From a virus (Duplodnaviria > Caudoviricetes), in IMG/VR virus record IMGVR_UViG_3300021368_000782, positions 1-61,454 of that record: DNA of 61,454 bases, one strand, 5' to 3'. The position numbers and the translations under genes were made by a program. Positions 38,050 to 47,724 of this stretch are shown piece by piece. The notes under the pieces were generated by a model that saw nothing but the letters and a program-made list of their open reading frames with translations, searched no databases and was not told where the DNA came from. Every line of letters begins with the position of its first letter. Position 1 is the first letter of the stretch.

Positions 38050-38225
38050 TAGGAACTTGAGACGTTCCAACCATAGGTGCCACTCAGCAACAGGGCCATC
38101 ACTGTCCTGCAAGTTTGGAATCAGCCCCCTTTGGATATTCGCGGAGGACCTGCGTCTTACTCCATTGCAAACTGTCAGTATACTGGGTGTAGCGCCCACA
38201 TAGTATAAGGATAAGTGTAATGTCA
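38050..38225 (+). ncRNA. putative structured RNA between tRNA-Arg and tRNA-Asn
   Basis: GC-richer, no convincing ORF, multiple stems. Confidence 0.5.
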
Positions 38226-38226
38226 T

Positions 38227-38298
38227 TGGCCTATAGTTCAGCGGCAGAACGTCTGACTGTTAATCAGAATGTCCCTGGTTCGATCCCAGGTGGGCCAG
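38227..38298 (+). tRNA. tRNA-Asn(GTT)
   Basis: Cloverleaf, anticodon loop CTGTTAA. Confidence 0.92.
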
Positions 38299-38338
38299 TT
38301 ACCGAGGTTTTCTCGGTATATACATAGATTGAATTCAC

Positions 38339-38500
38339 ATGATCGATTTCGATAGTTTTACAGGACGATTTTATCTTTGCTACAAAGGACGAATTGTATG
38401 GTTTGATTGTTATGATCACGCCGAAGACTGGATTCAACTAAACAACCTGGAGGAATACTTCAATGGACTGGGACAGCACAACGAAAGATCAAAAGCGTAA
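38339..38500 (+). CDS. hypothetical protein (53 aa)
   Basis: MIDFDSFTGRFYLCYKGRIVWFD... Confidence 0.5.
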   Translation: MIDFDSFTGRFYLCYKGRIVWFDCYDHAEDWIQLNNLEEYFNGLGQHNERSKA

Positions 38501-38654
38501 AGATGCATTTCACATCTTTTACGAAAGCGTACTGAAACCAGACCATGAGCTGCGTCAAGATGCACATGAGCAGAAATGTTATAATGAACTTCTTGAATGG
38601 CGTTCCGAAGTTATTGCTTACTTGGATGGTCGTCGTGTACAAGAATTCTATTGA
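38463..38654 (+). CDS. hypothetical protein
   Basis: GGAGG RBS; FYESVLKPDHELRQDAH. Confidence 0.75.
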   Translation: MDWDSTTKDQKRKDAFHIFYESVLKPDHELRQDAHEQKCYNELLEWRSEVIAYLDGRRVQEFY

Positions 38655-38728
38655 CGGGGAGTGGCGCAGTTTGGTAGCGCGCTTGCTTTGGGAGCAAGAT
38701 GCCGCAGGTTCAAATCCTGTCTCCCCGA
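38655..38728 (+). tRNA. tRNA-Pro(TGG)
   Basis: Cloverleaf, anticodon loop TTTGGGA. Confidence 0.93.
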
Positions 38729-38752
38729 TCCCCAAATAATTGAGGACTATTA

Positions 38753-38950
38753 ATGCCAGAAATCATCAAAATCAAAGACATGGAAGCGAACATGGATCAC
38801 TATATGGATCGATGTGAAGCAGGAGAAACGTTCTTTATTGAACACGAAGATGGTAAACTGGTTGCAATGGTTCCTGCGAAGGAATTTGAGGACGCAAAGG
38901 AAATCATCAACGACTTCCATTACCAGCATAATCATGACGATGCTTGCTAA
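38753..38950 (+). CDS. Phd/YefM-like antitoxin-fold protein
   Basis: MDRCEAGETFFIEHEDGKLVAMVP resembles the Phd N-terminal domain. Confidence 0.55.
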   Translation: MPEIIKIKDMEANMDHYMDRCEAGETFFIEHEDGKLVAMVPAKEFEDAKEIINDFHYQHNHDDAC

Positions 38951-38968
38951 TTTATCTGAAATAAACTA

Positions 38969-39427
38969 ATGACATTTGAAGAACTATTTGAAGGTACTTT
39001 TGAAAACGAGAAACAGGCAAAGTCTGGTACTCAATGGTCTTGGATTGTAATCAAGAACGAGAAGATTGACACAGATACCTTCAGGTGTACTCAAGCGTAT
39101 AAGTTTGATGAAGATAACCCCTATAAAGAATACATCACCAAGTTTACCTATGACGGTAACAAAGTCTATTCCAGAATGTATACTAAAGATCTGGAATACC
39201 GCCAAGGTTGTGATCTAGTTTTTGAATTACAAGACGATGGTGTGTGGTATGGTCATAATACCTGTAAAGACTGTTGGGTAGAGGTTGGTAAAATCAAAGC
39301 ATATCAACTCTCTGACATCCGTATTAGTGAAGGTCATTACAACATCATTGATGTGGGTGTTGATCCAGTTAAGAGAGACATTGTTTGGGGTTCCAAATAT
39401 GGTTATCTCAAGTTTGTGCCAATTTAG
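38969..39427 (+). CDS. cpeT: CpeT/CpcT-like bilin lyase
   Basis: FEGTFENEKQA, NPY, GCDLVF, VWGSKYG. Confidence 0.75.
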   Translation: MTFEELFEGTFENEKQAKSGTQWSWIVIKNEKIDTDTFRCTQAYKFDEDNPYKEYITKFTYDGNKVYSRMYTKDLEYRQGCDLVFELQDDGVWYGHNTCKDCWVEVGKIKAYQLSDIRISEGHYNIIDVGVDPVKRDIVWGSKYGYLKFVPI

Positions 39428-39491
39428 CTCAGTTGGATAGAGCAGCTGTTTTGTAAACAGCAGGTCAACGGTTCAAGTCCGTTAATTGGCT
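39418..39491 (+). tRNA. tRNA-Thr(TGT)
   Basis: Cloverleaf, anticodon loop TTTGTAA; overlaps the last 10 nt of cpeT. Confidence 0.92.
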
Positions 39492-39494
39492 CTA

Positions 39495-39668
39495 GTCTCG
39501 GACAGACTTAAAACTTGCCCTGGTCGGGATGGGTTTTACGACCCCTCGGGTTTCTTGTTTTTCCATAAGAACAAGTGGTGCGGATGGGATAACCTCCCGC
39601 CAGGTTTCTTGTTTCCTGTCAAAGAACAAGTGGCGTGCATGGCTTTTGGGGACTGACCGTCCCCACCT
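39495..39668 (+). ncRNA. manA-type RNA motif
   Basis: GUCUCG..GACU..AAA..UGCCCUGGUCGGGA, two GGUUUCUUGUUU..AGAACAAGUGG repeats, GUGCGGAUGGG; located among tRNAs as known for manA. Confidence 0.75.
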
Positions 39669-39669
39669 A

Positions 39670-39752
39670 GTCGGTATGGCGGAATTGGTAGACGCGCTGG
39701 GTTTAGGTTCCAGTGGCTTTATGCTGTGGAGGTTCAAGTCCTCTTACCGACA
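39670..39752 (+). tRNA. tRNA-Leu(TAG)
   Basis: Long variable arm, anticodon loop TTTAGGT. Confidence 0.92.
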
Positions 39753-39816
39753 TTTTACAAAACTTGACAAAATGTAAAGTTTACTATATAATAGTAACAG
39801 TTCTTTACATAAGACA

Positions 39817-40035
39817 ATGACCGTAACAACGAATGAGTATGGCCAACAGAATATGTTCGCCAAAGAACCTCAGATGTATGTTTCTAAGACCGACGCTGAG
39901 CGTTATGGTTACGAGACATATGCAGAACGTGCTGAGAAACTAAATGGTCGCACTGCGATGCTTGGTTTTATTGCAGCAGTTATTTCTTATGCTACCACTG
40001 GTAGTATTTTCTTCTTCGGTGCCTTCGGCATCTGA
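39817..40035 (+). CDS. hli: high-light inducible protein
   Basis: AEKLNGRTAMLGF; promoter TTGACA-N17-TATAAT at 39764-39792. Confidence 0.93.
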   Translation: MTVTTNEYGQQNMFAKEPQMYVSKTDAERYGYETYAERAEKLNGRTAMLGFIAAVISYATTGSIFFFGAFGI

Positions 40036-40079
40036 TGATTCCCGCACTTTTATCACTAAATTTTTATCGGAGATTTACA

Positions 40080-40187
40080 ATGAACGAAACAGCAGAACGT
40101 TTTAATGGTTGGGCAGCAATGATCGGTATCATTGCAGCATTCGGTGCATACGCAACTACAGGACAACTTATCCCAGGAGTCTGGTAA
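40080..40187 (+). CDS. hli: high-light inducible protein (35 aa)
   Basis: MNETAERFNGWAAMIGIIAAFGAYATTGQLIPGVW*. Confidence 0.93.
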   Translation: MNETAERFNGWAAMIGIIAAFGAYATTGQLIPGVW

Positions 40188-40318
40188 TGGATGTGTTGGC
40201 ATCTGTAATCCTAGGATTCGGGGTCGCATGGTTGATAATCAATTTTAATACTGATATTGATAATGATGACGATGATCTTGGTGGTGGCATGATGATTCCA
40301 GCGACAAACCCCATTTGA
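40187..40318 (+). CDS. small membrane protein
   Basis: TM plus DDDDLGGGMMIP. Confidence 0.65.
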   Translation: MDVLASVILGFGVAWLIINFNTDIDNDDDDLGGGMMIPATNPI

Positions 40319-40369
40319 CAAAAGACACAATTAGTTGTAAAATCTAGGTTCGTTCACACACTACGTTTA

Positions 40370-40663
40370 ATGACTTTCAATGTTACTCTCATCTCTCCCG
40401 ACGGCACCACGAATGCCATTACCTGTGAGGACGATCAGTACATTCTCGATGCGGCTGACGAAGCGGGTATTGACCTACCCTATTCGTGCCGTGCTGGTGC
40501 TTGCTCGACGTGTGCGGGTAAACTTGAATCCGGCACTGTAGATCAGTCTGATCAGTCTTTTCTAGATGATGATCAAATGGAAGCAGGATTTGTACTCACT
40601 TGTGTTGCATATCCCACTTCTGATGTTACAATTAAAACTGAACAAGAGGACTCACTTTACTGA
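40370..40663 (+). CDS. petF: 2Fe-2S ferredoxin
   Basis: [15 protein letters not shown]...VLTCVAYP. Confidence 0.97.
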   Translation: MTFNVTLISPDGTTNAITCEDDQYILDAADEAGIDLPYSCRAGACSTCAGKLESGTVDQSDQSFLDDDQMEAGFVLTCVAYPTSDVTIKTEQEDSLY

Positions 40664-40989
40664 TGATTGGAAAACTTGATCCTGATGAAGACATTATGGA
40701 TGATTCTATTATCGCACAACGGAAATCAACTGCCTTAATGAAGGCACTACATGACAACATCAAAAATACCATCGCAAAACTAGGATGGGATTGCTATGAT
40801 AATGTAGTCGTTGAAATTGCAGGATCATCAGTCTATATGATTGATGGTGCTGGTACTAAATGGGCTCCACATAAGGGAACGGTTAAATATAATAAAGATG
40901 CGTTCATCGTGATCAAAAATCTTGATCGCAATCCAACTGTTCCATCTCAACCGAACCCTGAACTGAAGCAACACCATGCCGAATCCTGA
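40663..40989 (+). CDS. hypothetical protein
   Basis: 108 aa ORF; followed by a small ORF at 40976-41128. Confidence 0.7.
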   Translation: MIGKLDPDEDIMDDSIIAQRKSTALMKALHDNIKNTIAKLGWDCYDNVVVEIAGSSVYMIDGAGTKWAPHKGTVKYNKDAFIVIKNLDRNPTVPSQPNPELKQHHAES

Positions 40990-41335
40990 TGCACTCTGGG
41001 AAGACATCCAGAAACTTGATGACTTGTATGAGGAACTCCTTTGGGATCCTGATGATGAGTTGCAATTCACACATGATGGTGAAAAGATCATAATTATCAA
41101 TAAAACTCAGAGTCTTAAGTATAAATAACTACTCCTTGCACATTTAAAATGGCACTTCTCGCAACAGTTGGTATTTTACTCGGTACTTTTGTGGGTGCCG
41201 CGTTGATGACACAATCAGGTGAAGAGTCTACTAAGACATAATACGCAAATCTAAAATCATTCTAAAATATAAACAAAACTGGATAGAACTCTTATAAAAT
41301 AAGGGGGTTCTATCCAGTTTTTTGCCAGTAGTCAC

Positions 41336-41557
41336 ATGAAGAATTTACACCAGACATACGGTCACTATCTACACACCGATAAACTGCTCGACGATCATGA
41401 TATTAATGAGCGAGTTCTATCATATGGGTGGACCGATGATGGTGAAAAATTAACTGGGTACTATGTCTTGACAGAACACCACCATCTGTACTATAATCTT
41501 CAGGACCAGTTGGTTGAGAAGGTTCCTTCAGAATCAGTCGCTGGTCGCGTTGCTTGA
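41336..41557 (+). CDS. hypothetical protein
   Basis: 73 aa ORF. Confidence 0.6.
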   Translation: MKNLHQTYGHYLHTDKLLDDHDINERVLSYGWTDDGEKLTGYYVLTEHHHLYYNLQDQLVEKVPSESVAGRVA

Positions 41558-41695
41558 CAGATCTGAAAAAATCTGTTAGTATAAATACTTAACCTTGTGT
41601 CATATTTGTTACAAGGGTATACTTAAACGGAACCATGTCGAGGTTCCTATCATCCGTGGGTTAAACTCTACGAGAAATAACTAAAGGTACAAACA

Positions 41696-42067
41696 ATGAT
41701 CAAATCTTTCTTCGCTGCTGTTGCAGCTGCTCCTCTCTTCGCTGGTGCTGCAATTGCCGGCCCTTACGTCAATGTAGAAACTAATGCTGGTTGGACTGGT
41801 TCTGACTACACTGGCGCTACTACTGATTTCCATGTGGGCTATGAAGGCGCACTGGGTGAGTCTGCTTCTTACTATGTCCAAGGTGGCGCTAGTCTGGTAA
41901 CTCCTGACAGTGGTTCCGATGAGACTGTTCCTTCTGGTAAGGCAGGTATCGGTGTTGCTGTTACCGATGCAGTTGGTCTCTATGGTGAAGTCTCCTTCAT
42001 CGGTTCTGGCGACGACTCCATCGACCGTGGTTACGGTGGTAAATTGGGCGTGAAGTACAACTTCTGA
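41696..42067 (+). CDS. small outer-membrane beta-barrel-like protein
   Basis: Signal peptide, GPYVNVE, alternating beta strands, C-terminal YNF. Confidence 0.75.
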   Translation: MIKSFFAAVAAAPLFAGAAIAGPYVNVETNAGWTGSDYTGATTDFHVGYEGALGESASYYVQGGASLVTPDSGSDETVPSGKAGIGVAVTDAVGLYGEVSFIGSGDDSIDRGYGGKLGVKYNF

Positions 42068-42106
42068 TAACCAGAAGTTAACTTAGAAAGGATATCCTAA
42101 CAATAA

Positions 42107-42137
42107 ATTGCCGCTCCTTACTAGGGGCGGTTTTTTT
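42107..42137 (+). terminator. intrinsic terminator
   Basis: GCCGCTCCT..AGGGGCGGT-U tract. Confidence 0.8.
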
Positions 42138-42140
42138 ATG

Positions 42141-42222
42141 GTTAAATTTAAATTAACCCGTATTAAATACCTTAGTTTGTTAAAGACCCCTTAACGACAA
42201 CATCAAATTTTTTTGATATAAT
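42141..42222 (+). promoter_or_regulatory. Pho box (PhoB/SphR) promoter
   Basis: TTAA direct repeats at 42142, 42153, 42163 and 42180, 42191 (10-11 bp period); -10 TATAAT at about 42217; upstream of the OMP-pstS operon. Confidence 0.7.
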
Positions 42223-42265
42223 ATGCAGGTCTTTAACGGACAAACACTTTATTCTAAAAAAAGAA

Positions 42266-42628
42266 ATGAAACAAATCGCACTTGCCGCTCTGGCACTTTC
42301 TGCACTAGCGACACCTGCTTTCGCTGGTCCTTATGTCGAATCAAAGCATGAGTTTAAGGGCACTGATGAGGACTACTCCAAAGCAGTCCACCAAGGTCGC
42401 GTTGGATATGAATGGAAAACTGGTCGTTTCTCTCCTTACGTTGAAGGAGGTCTGGGTGTATCTGCTCCAGATGGTGGTGATAATGACACCTTCAAAGTTC
42501 TTGAAGTTGGTAGTAAAGTAAAGATCACTGATAGTTTCTCTGCTTATGGTAAGTGGGAAAACGTCTTCCAAGATAGCGATGACACTCGCGACTGGAAAGT
42601 AGAAATCGGCACCAAGTACAAGTTCTGA
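42266..42628 (+). CDS. small outer-membrane beta-barrel-like protein (paralog of 41696)
   Basis: AFA-GPYVE, C-terminal KYKF. Confidence 0.75.
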   Translation: MKQIALAALALSALATPAFAGPYVESKHEFKGTDEDYSKAVHQGRVGYEWKTGRFSPYVEGGLGVSAPDGGDNDTFKVLEVGSKVKITDSFSAYGKWENVFQDSDDTRDWKVEIGTKYKF

Positions 42629-42639
42629 GGTAAAGGAGA

Positions 42640-43602
42640 ATGAAACTCAAAGCACTCGCTGCCACTGTTTTGGCAGCACCCCTGATGGTGGCATGTGGGT
42701 CCACCGAGACAACATCCTTCAAACTTAATGGAGCAGGTGCTACCTTCCCTGCTCCTCTATACAACTCCTGGTTCCAAGAAATGGCTAAGGAGACGGGTAA
42801 CCAAGTCAACTATCAAGCAGTTGGTAGTGGTGCTGGTGTCCGTCAATATACTGCTAAGACCGTTGACTTCGGTGCCAGTGATGGTGCTGTAAGTGATGAG
42901 AAACAGAAGATTCCCATGATTCATGTTCCCATGACTGGTGGTGCTATTGTTCCTGCTTATAACAATCCTGGTTGTGAAGCAAAGATGACTCAGACACAAC
43001 TTGCTGATGTCTTCCTTGGTAAGATCACTAACTGGTCTGAGTTTGGTTGTGCTGACAAGAAGATCACAACTGTATGGAGGTCTGATGGCTCGGGCACCAC
43101 CAAAGGTTTTACCAACTCTTTGTCCGCTTTCTCTCCTGAATGGAAAAAGAATGTAGGAACTGGTAAGTCAGTCTCTTGGCCTGTTGGTATTGGTGGTAAA
43201 GGTAACTCTGGTGTTGCCGCTGGTATCAAACAACTGGATGGTGCTATTGGTTATCTAAACTATGGTTATGTAACTGGTGGTCAGTTCCAACAGGTTTCTC
43301 TGCAAAACAAGTCAGGTAACTTTGTAAAGGCAAATGCAGAAACTTCTGCTGCAGGTCTTGACAAGATTATTCTGGACGATAAACTGAGAGGTGCCGATCC
43401 AAACCCTGCAGGTGCGAATGCTTACCCAATCGTATCTCTGACCTGGATCTTGGCATATCCTGAGTCCAAAGAAGGAGTCAAGGAGACGCTACGTTATATG
43501 TTGAGTGAAGAGTCTCAAGCGAAATCTGATGCTCTGGGTTATGTACCTCTTCCAGAGTCTCTTCGACAAAAAGCGCTTGCTGCTGTTGACACGATTCAGT
43601 AA
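42640..43602 (+). CDS. pstS: phosphate-binding lipoprotein
   Basis: Lipobox VAC, GAGATFPAPLY, GSGAG, DFGASD, RSDGSGTT. Confidence 0.97.
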   Translation: MKLKALAATVLAAPLMVACGSTETTSFKLNGAGATFPAPLYNSWFQEMAKETGNQVNYQAVGSGAGVRQYTAKTVDFGASDGAVSDEKQKIPMIHVPMTGGAIVPAYNNPGCEAKMTQTQLADVFLGKITNWSEFGCADKKITTVWRSDGSGTTKGFTNSLSAFSPEWKKNVGTGKSVSWPVGIGGKGNSGVAAGIKQLDGAIGYLNYGYVTGGQFQQVSLQNKSGNFVKANAETSAAGLDKIILDDKLRGADPNPAGANAYPIVSLTWILAYPESKEGVKETLRYMLSEESQAKSDALGYVPLPESLRQKALAAVDTIQ

Positions 43603-43641
43603 ATGTAGTATAGTCAGGGGATCTCTTGATCCCCTTCGATA

Positions 43642-44684
43642 ATGAAAAGAAAACTTAAGAAGGCAATCAAAAAATTTTTTGAACCTACTGATAAACAAGA
43701 ATCATTTGACTATGATAATCTCTTTGATCTTGTAGAGAGACTTCAATATCGTATTGAAGATATGGAAAATGAACATATGCAACTTATAGTTAGGTTTGCT
43801 CACCTTGAAGCCAAACTTGACAATCACGAACATGAAGGGGGTTGACAACCCTCTTCTTTTTTTGTATAATACTGGAAAATCATTTTGTCATGAACTACAA
43901 ACCTTATTCACCTGAGTGGCATAGGTATCGTTATCTTAAGGAAGCGATTGATAAATACTTCGAGGATTACGTTGACAACGAAGTTATTTACGAAGACATT
44001 ATGTGCATTCTAGGAGATAGAATGTCAAATGCAGTTAATGAAGTCAACAAAGTTCTTGATTTAAAAGACAAACTCAAAAAGAACTAACATGCTTTCAACC
44101 CAGTATCGACTCCGATTGGAGTTCATCTGCAAAAAGATTGCTAACAACGAAGAAGTAAAACTAGAGGATATGATCTGGGCAGAGAAACTTGCCAAGGCTC
44201 ATACAACTGCTAGAGATTGGTTGAACAAAGCACGCCGACAGTCCAATGGGATTGAGGAGGGCAGTATCGACGATTTTATGAATAAGATGGGACTAGGAGA
44301 CCCCGACCCATCTAATCATAGAACGGGGTTTGAAGGTGCTGATGAAATTGTAGACTGGTTCCAACGCGATAAACCTGATGACTGGAGACAACGTGACTGA
44401 AAAGATTACTCCCGAGACATACGAAAAAATGAATGAGGAGTTTGAAGAGGATGGTCTTGCTTTCAGGATCAAAGTTCCCACACAAAAAGAAATCGATGAA
44501 TGGAGGCAACGTGACTGATAATGGATTTGAACCTTGGGAGGAAGAAACTAACAGGGTAATTGCTAAAGATCTCATTGAGAATGTTGAAAAACTTTTATGT
44601 GGTAAGGCACATTACCTTGAGTGCTCTGACCGTACTACATATCACAAAAAAATTGTAATTGAATACGATCACGAAAACAAATGA
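43642..44684 (+). CDS. run of small hypothetical ORFs (43642-43845, 43890-44087, 44089-44400, 44393-44518, about 44499-44684)
   Basis: Contiguous small ORFs, e.g. MNYKPYSPEWHR and MLSTQYRLRLEFIC. Confidence 0.65.
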
Positions 44685-44923
44685 CAGACAACGCAGTTCT
44701 CTATTCAAAAGAAAATTGTCAGTGGTGCGACCGTGCCAGAATGTTACTTGACAATTTGAACATCGATTATCTTGAATACAAATACGAAAAAGATTTTACT
44801 AAAGAACAATTCTACGATGAGTTTGGAGAAGGTGCTACCTTTCCCCAGGTGAACTTTGGTTCGACTCACGTCGGCGGATTTAAGGACACACTGCATTACC
44901 TGCAGGACAGACGAGTTATTTGA
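44681..44923 (+). CDS. nrdC: glutaredoxin
   Basis: CQWC, TFPQV, VGGF. Confidence 0.9.
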   Translation: MTDNAVLYSKENCQWCDRARMLLDNLNIDYLEYKYEKDFTKEQFYDEFGEGATFPQVNFGSTHVGGFKDTLHYLQDRRVI

Positions 44924-45057
44924 CAAACCCCCTAACCCATAGTATAATACAGAGGAAATCAATCAAGTCTTTCGCTTCTGTGTTAGTTTCTAAATAATCA
45001 TAGAACTATAGGGGGACACACTTTTTCTCAATAGAAACAAACACAGGGAGTAAACCA

Positions 45058-45285
45058 ATGATGATAGCTGTTTATGTGTTCGTAGTTCTCGGAGCATTCC
45101 TCATGGGAACTGTAACCTCTTGGGTCGCCAAGGATCATATCGATGCCTTCATCGATAATGCTGCATATGCAAAAGCAGTCACGCATCCAGAAATGCTGAA
45201 CTCTGATGGCACTGTTGATCAGTCTGAACTGTTAACACTAAGCTTTTTGTCAGATGAAGACTTTGATGACGATGATGACCTATGA
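45058..45285 (+). CDS. hypothetical membrane protein
   Basis: TM plus HPEM motif. Confidence 0.7.
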   Translation: MMIAVYVFVVLGAFLMGTVTSWVAKDHIDAFIDNAAYAKAVTHPEMLNSDGTVDQSELLTLSFLSDEDFDDDDDL

Positions 45286-45294
45286 ATTAAGATC

Positions 45295-46149
45295 ATGATT
45301 CTCGTTGACATGAATCAGTGCATGATCAGTAACTTGATGATGCAGATTAAAGTCGGTGACAAACTAGATGAAAAACTAGTCCGACATATGGTACTCAATT
45401 CCCTGAGATCTTACAATAGAAAGTTCAGGGAAGAGTACGGAAACATGGTCCTTTGCTACGATAGTAAACACTATTGGCGCAAGGACTATTTTCCTTTTTA
45501 TAAACAAAATAGAAAGAAGGATAGAGAAAAATCTAATCACGATTGGAACGCAATCTTTGAAGTGCTAAACAAGATTCGTGATGAGATCAGAGACAACTTC
45601 CCATACATTGTAATGGAGGTATCTGGTGCAGAGGCTGATGACATTATCAGTGCCTTATGTAAGTATTCTTCAGACACATCAGATGAAAAGGTACTAATCC
45701 TTTCTGGTGATAAAGACTTCATTCAACTCAAGAAGTTTTCTACTGTTAGTCAGTACAACCCTCTTCAAAAACATTTTGTCAAAGATGTAGATCCTATTGA
45801 ATACATCGCAGAACACATCATCAAAGGTGATCGTTCTGATGGCATCCCTAACTTCCTGTCTTCTGATGATACTTTCGTTACCAACAAAAGGCAACGACCA
45901 ATAAGTAAGAAGAACCTAGAGAAGTGGATTTATTCTAGTCCTTCTGTATTTTGTAATACACAGGAGAAACTAGATAACTATGAGAGAAACAAGACACTGA
46001 TTGATCTTGACTGCATCCCTTTATCACTTCGGATGGAAATTGTCGATAAATTTAAAGTGTTAAATAGTAATGATAAAACAAAGTTGTCGATTGACTACTT
46101 CGTCAAGAACGAATTGACTTCACTCATGAATAACTTGGAGGATTTTTAA
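45295..46149 (+). CDS. rnh: RNase H / 5'-3' exonuclease
   Basis: MILVD, WRKDYFPFYK, EADDII, SGDKDF, GDRSDGIPN. Confidence 0.95.
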   Translation: MILVDMNQCMISNLMMQIKVGDKLDEKLVRHMVLNSLRSYNRKFREEYGNMVLCYDSKHYWRKDYFPFYKQNRKKDREKSNHDWNAIFEVLNKIRDEIRDNFPYIVMEVSGAEADDIISALCKYSSDTSDEKVLILSGDKDFIQLKKFSTVSQYNPLQKHFVKDVDPIEYIAEHIIKGDRSDGIPNFLSSDDTFVTNKRQRPISKKNLEKWIYSSPSVFCNTQEKLDNYERNKTLIDLDCIPLSLRMEIVDKFKVLNSNDKTKLSIDYFVKNELTSLMNNLEDF

Positions 46150-46152
46150 ACC

Positions 46153-46605
46153 ATGGCTGAATTACAAAAGGACCAAATGCTTCTTTCAGAAGTATTGCAA
46201 AAGGTATCTAATGCTAAAACAAAAGCACAGAAGATCAAAATTCTAAAAGATCTTCGTACTGATGCCCTTGTCTCTATCCTGATTTGGAATTATGATGACA
46301 GTGTAAAGTCCATGCTCCCTGAGGGCGATGTACCTTATACACCAAATGATGCACCAGTTGGCACAGAACACACTCGTCTTCTGCAAGAGTATCGTAAACT
46401 GTTCCACTTTGTAAAAGGTGGTAATGACTCACTACAGAGAACTACTCGCGAAAGGATGTTCATTCAAATGCTTGAAGGTCTCAGTTCTGCTGAAGCATCA
46501 CTTATCTGTTTGGTAAAAGATAAAAAACTTCAGAAGAAATACAAAGTAACCAAAGCTTGTATTGATGAGGCATACCCCGACATTGAGTGGGGGAATCGCA
46601 GTTGA
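46153..46605 (+). CDS. conserved T4-like hypothetical protein
   Basis: LPEGDVPY, RERMFIQMLEGL. Confidence 0.8.
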   Translation: MAELQKDQMLLSEVLQKVSNAKTKAQKIKILKDLRTDALVSILIWNYDDSVKSMLPEGDVPYTPNDAPVGTEHTRLLQEYRKLFHFVKGGNDSLQRTTRERMFIQMLEGLSSAEASLICLVKDKKLQKKYKVTKACIDEAYPDIEWGNRS

Positions 46606-46859
46606 AGAAAGGAGTTAAAATTCTCCATAAAAAATGTCATCCAGACCTCGCTCAAGATAGATCTCTTCCTTATACAGCTTACTTGGTGACATATGTTGAA
46701 GATGGAGAGACTAGTTACGATATCGCAACCTGTAGTAAACAGGTAGAATTATTTGATTATTATTGGGATCTTTATAGACATGACTTCAAGAGATTCGATC
46801 AAACTGAAGGAAGAGTCAATCCGAAACTTTGGAACCCAAAGAAGGATGAAAAAAAATGA
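46602..46859 (+). CDS. hypothetical protein
   Basis: DRSLPYTAYLV, FDYYWD, GRVNPKLW; another small ORF follows at 46856-47020. Confidence 0.7.
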   Translation: MKKGVKILHKKCHPDLAQDRSLPYTAYLVTYVEDGETSYDIATCSKQVELFDYYWDLYRHDFKRFDQTEGRVNPKLWNPKKDEKK

Positions 46860-47085
46860 AAACCTTAGATGTTGCTTTAGTACAATTCTTTCGTAGAGTT
46901 GAAGTGATCACCGCTATGGAGATGGGTGGTAAGATCTCATCAGAAGAGGCTTACCAACGAATCAAAATAGAGATGAAACTACTAAAGAAAAACAGAAAAC
47001 ATATCAACAAAGCCTCCTAACGGGGGTTTTTTTCTTGACATAATAAGCGCTTAATGTTAGAATTACATCATGTTCGGAGAAAACT

Positions 47086-47724
47086 ATGACGGTTAAACTT
47101 GTCTCGGTCACACCTGATGCTGAGAAGACAATGGCTTATGTTGCTAGGGTGTCCAATCCTAACAACCAACCCAACCCCAACTATGCGGGTCTGCTTCGTT
47201 ACTGCATCAAACATCAACACTGGTCTGTGTTTGAACAAGCATTCATGACTCTGGAGATTGAGACTACCCGTGGTATCGCAGCCCAGATCCTACGTCACCG
47301 TAGCTTCACATATCAGGAATTTTCACAACGGTATGCAGATGTAAGTCTGTTGACTGACAACATTCCTATTCCCGAACTACGCCGTCAAGATACCAAGAAT
47401 CGTCAGAACTCAACTGATGACCTTCCTCCTGGTGTTGTTGAACAGTATCAGAAGAAGATCCAGAAACACTTTGATGATGCATCTGCACTCTATCAAAACC
47501 TTCTGGATGTCGGAGTCGCAAAAGAGTGTGCTCGCTTTGTCCTGCCTCTCGCTTGTCCGACTCGTATCTACATGACCGGCAGTGTTCGGTCTTGGCTTCA
47601 TTACATCGATCTGAGGTCCGCCCACGGTACTCAGAAAGAACACATGGACATCGCTAATGCATGTCGTGACATTTTCAAAGAACAATTCCCAATTGTTTCT
47701 GAGGCAATGGAATGGAATACATGA
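47086..47724 (+). CDS. thyX: flavin-dependent thymidylate synthase
   Basis: HWSVFE, QILRHRSFTYQEFSQRY, KECARFVLP. Confidence 0.96.
   Translation: MTVKLVSVTPDAEKTMAYVARVSNPNNQPNPNYAGLLRYCIKHQHWSVFEQAFMTLEIETTRGIAAQILRHRSFTYQEFSQRYADVSLLTDNIPIPELRRQDTKNRQNSTDDLPPGVVEQYQKKIQKHFDDASALYQNLLDVGVAKECARFVLPLACPTRIYMTGSVRSWLHYIDLRSAHGTQKEHMDIANACRDIFKEQFPIVSEAMEWNT

Noticed and set aside
39492-39777. ORFs of 81-82 aa on both strands
   Set aside because: They overlie the manA-type RNA and tRNA-Leu.
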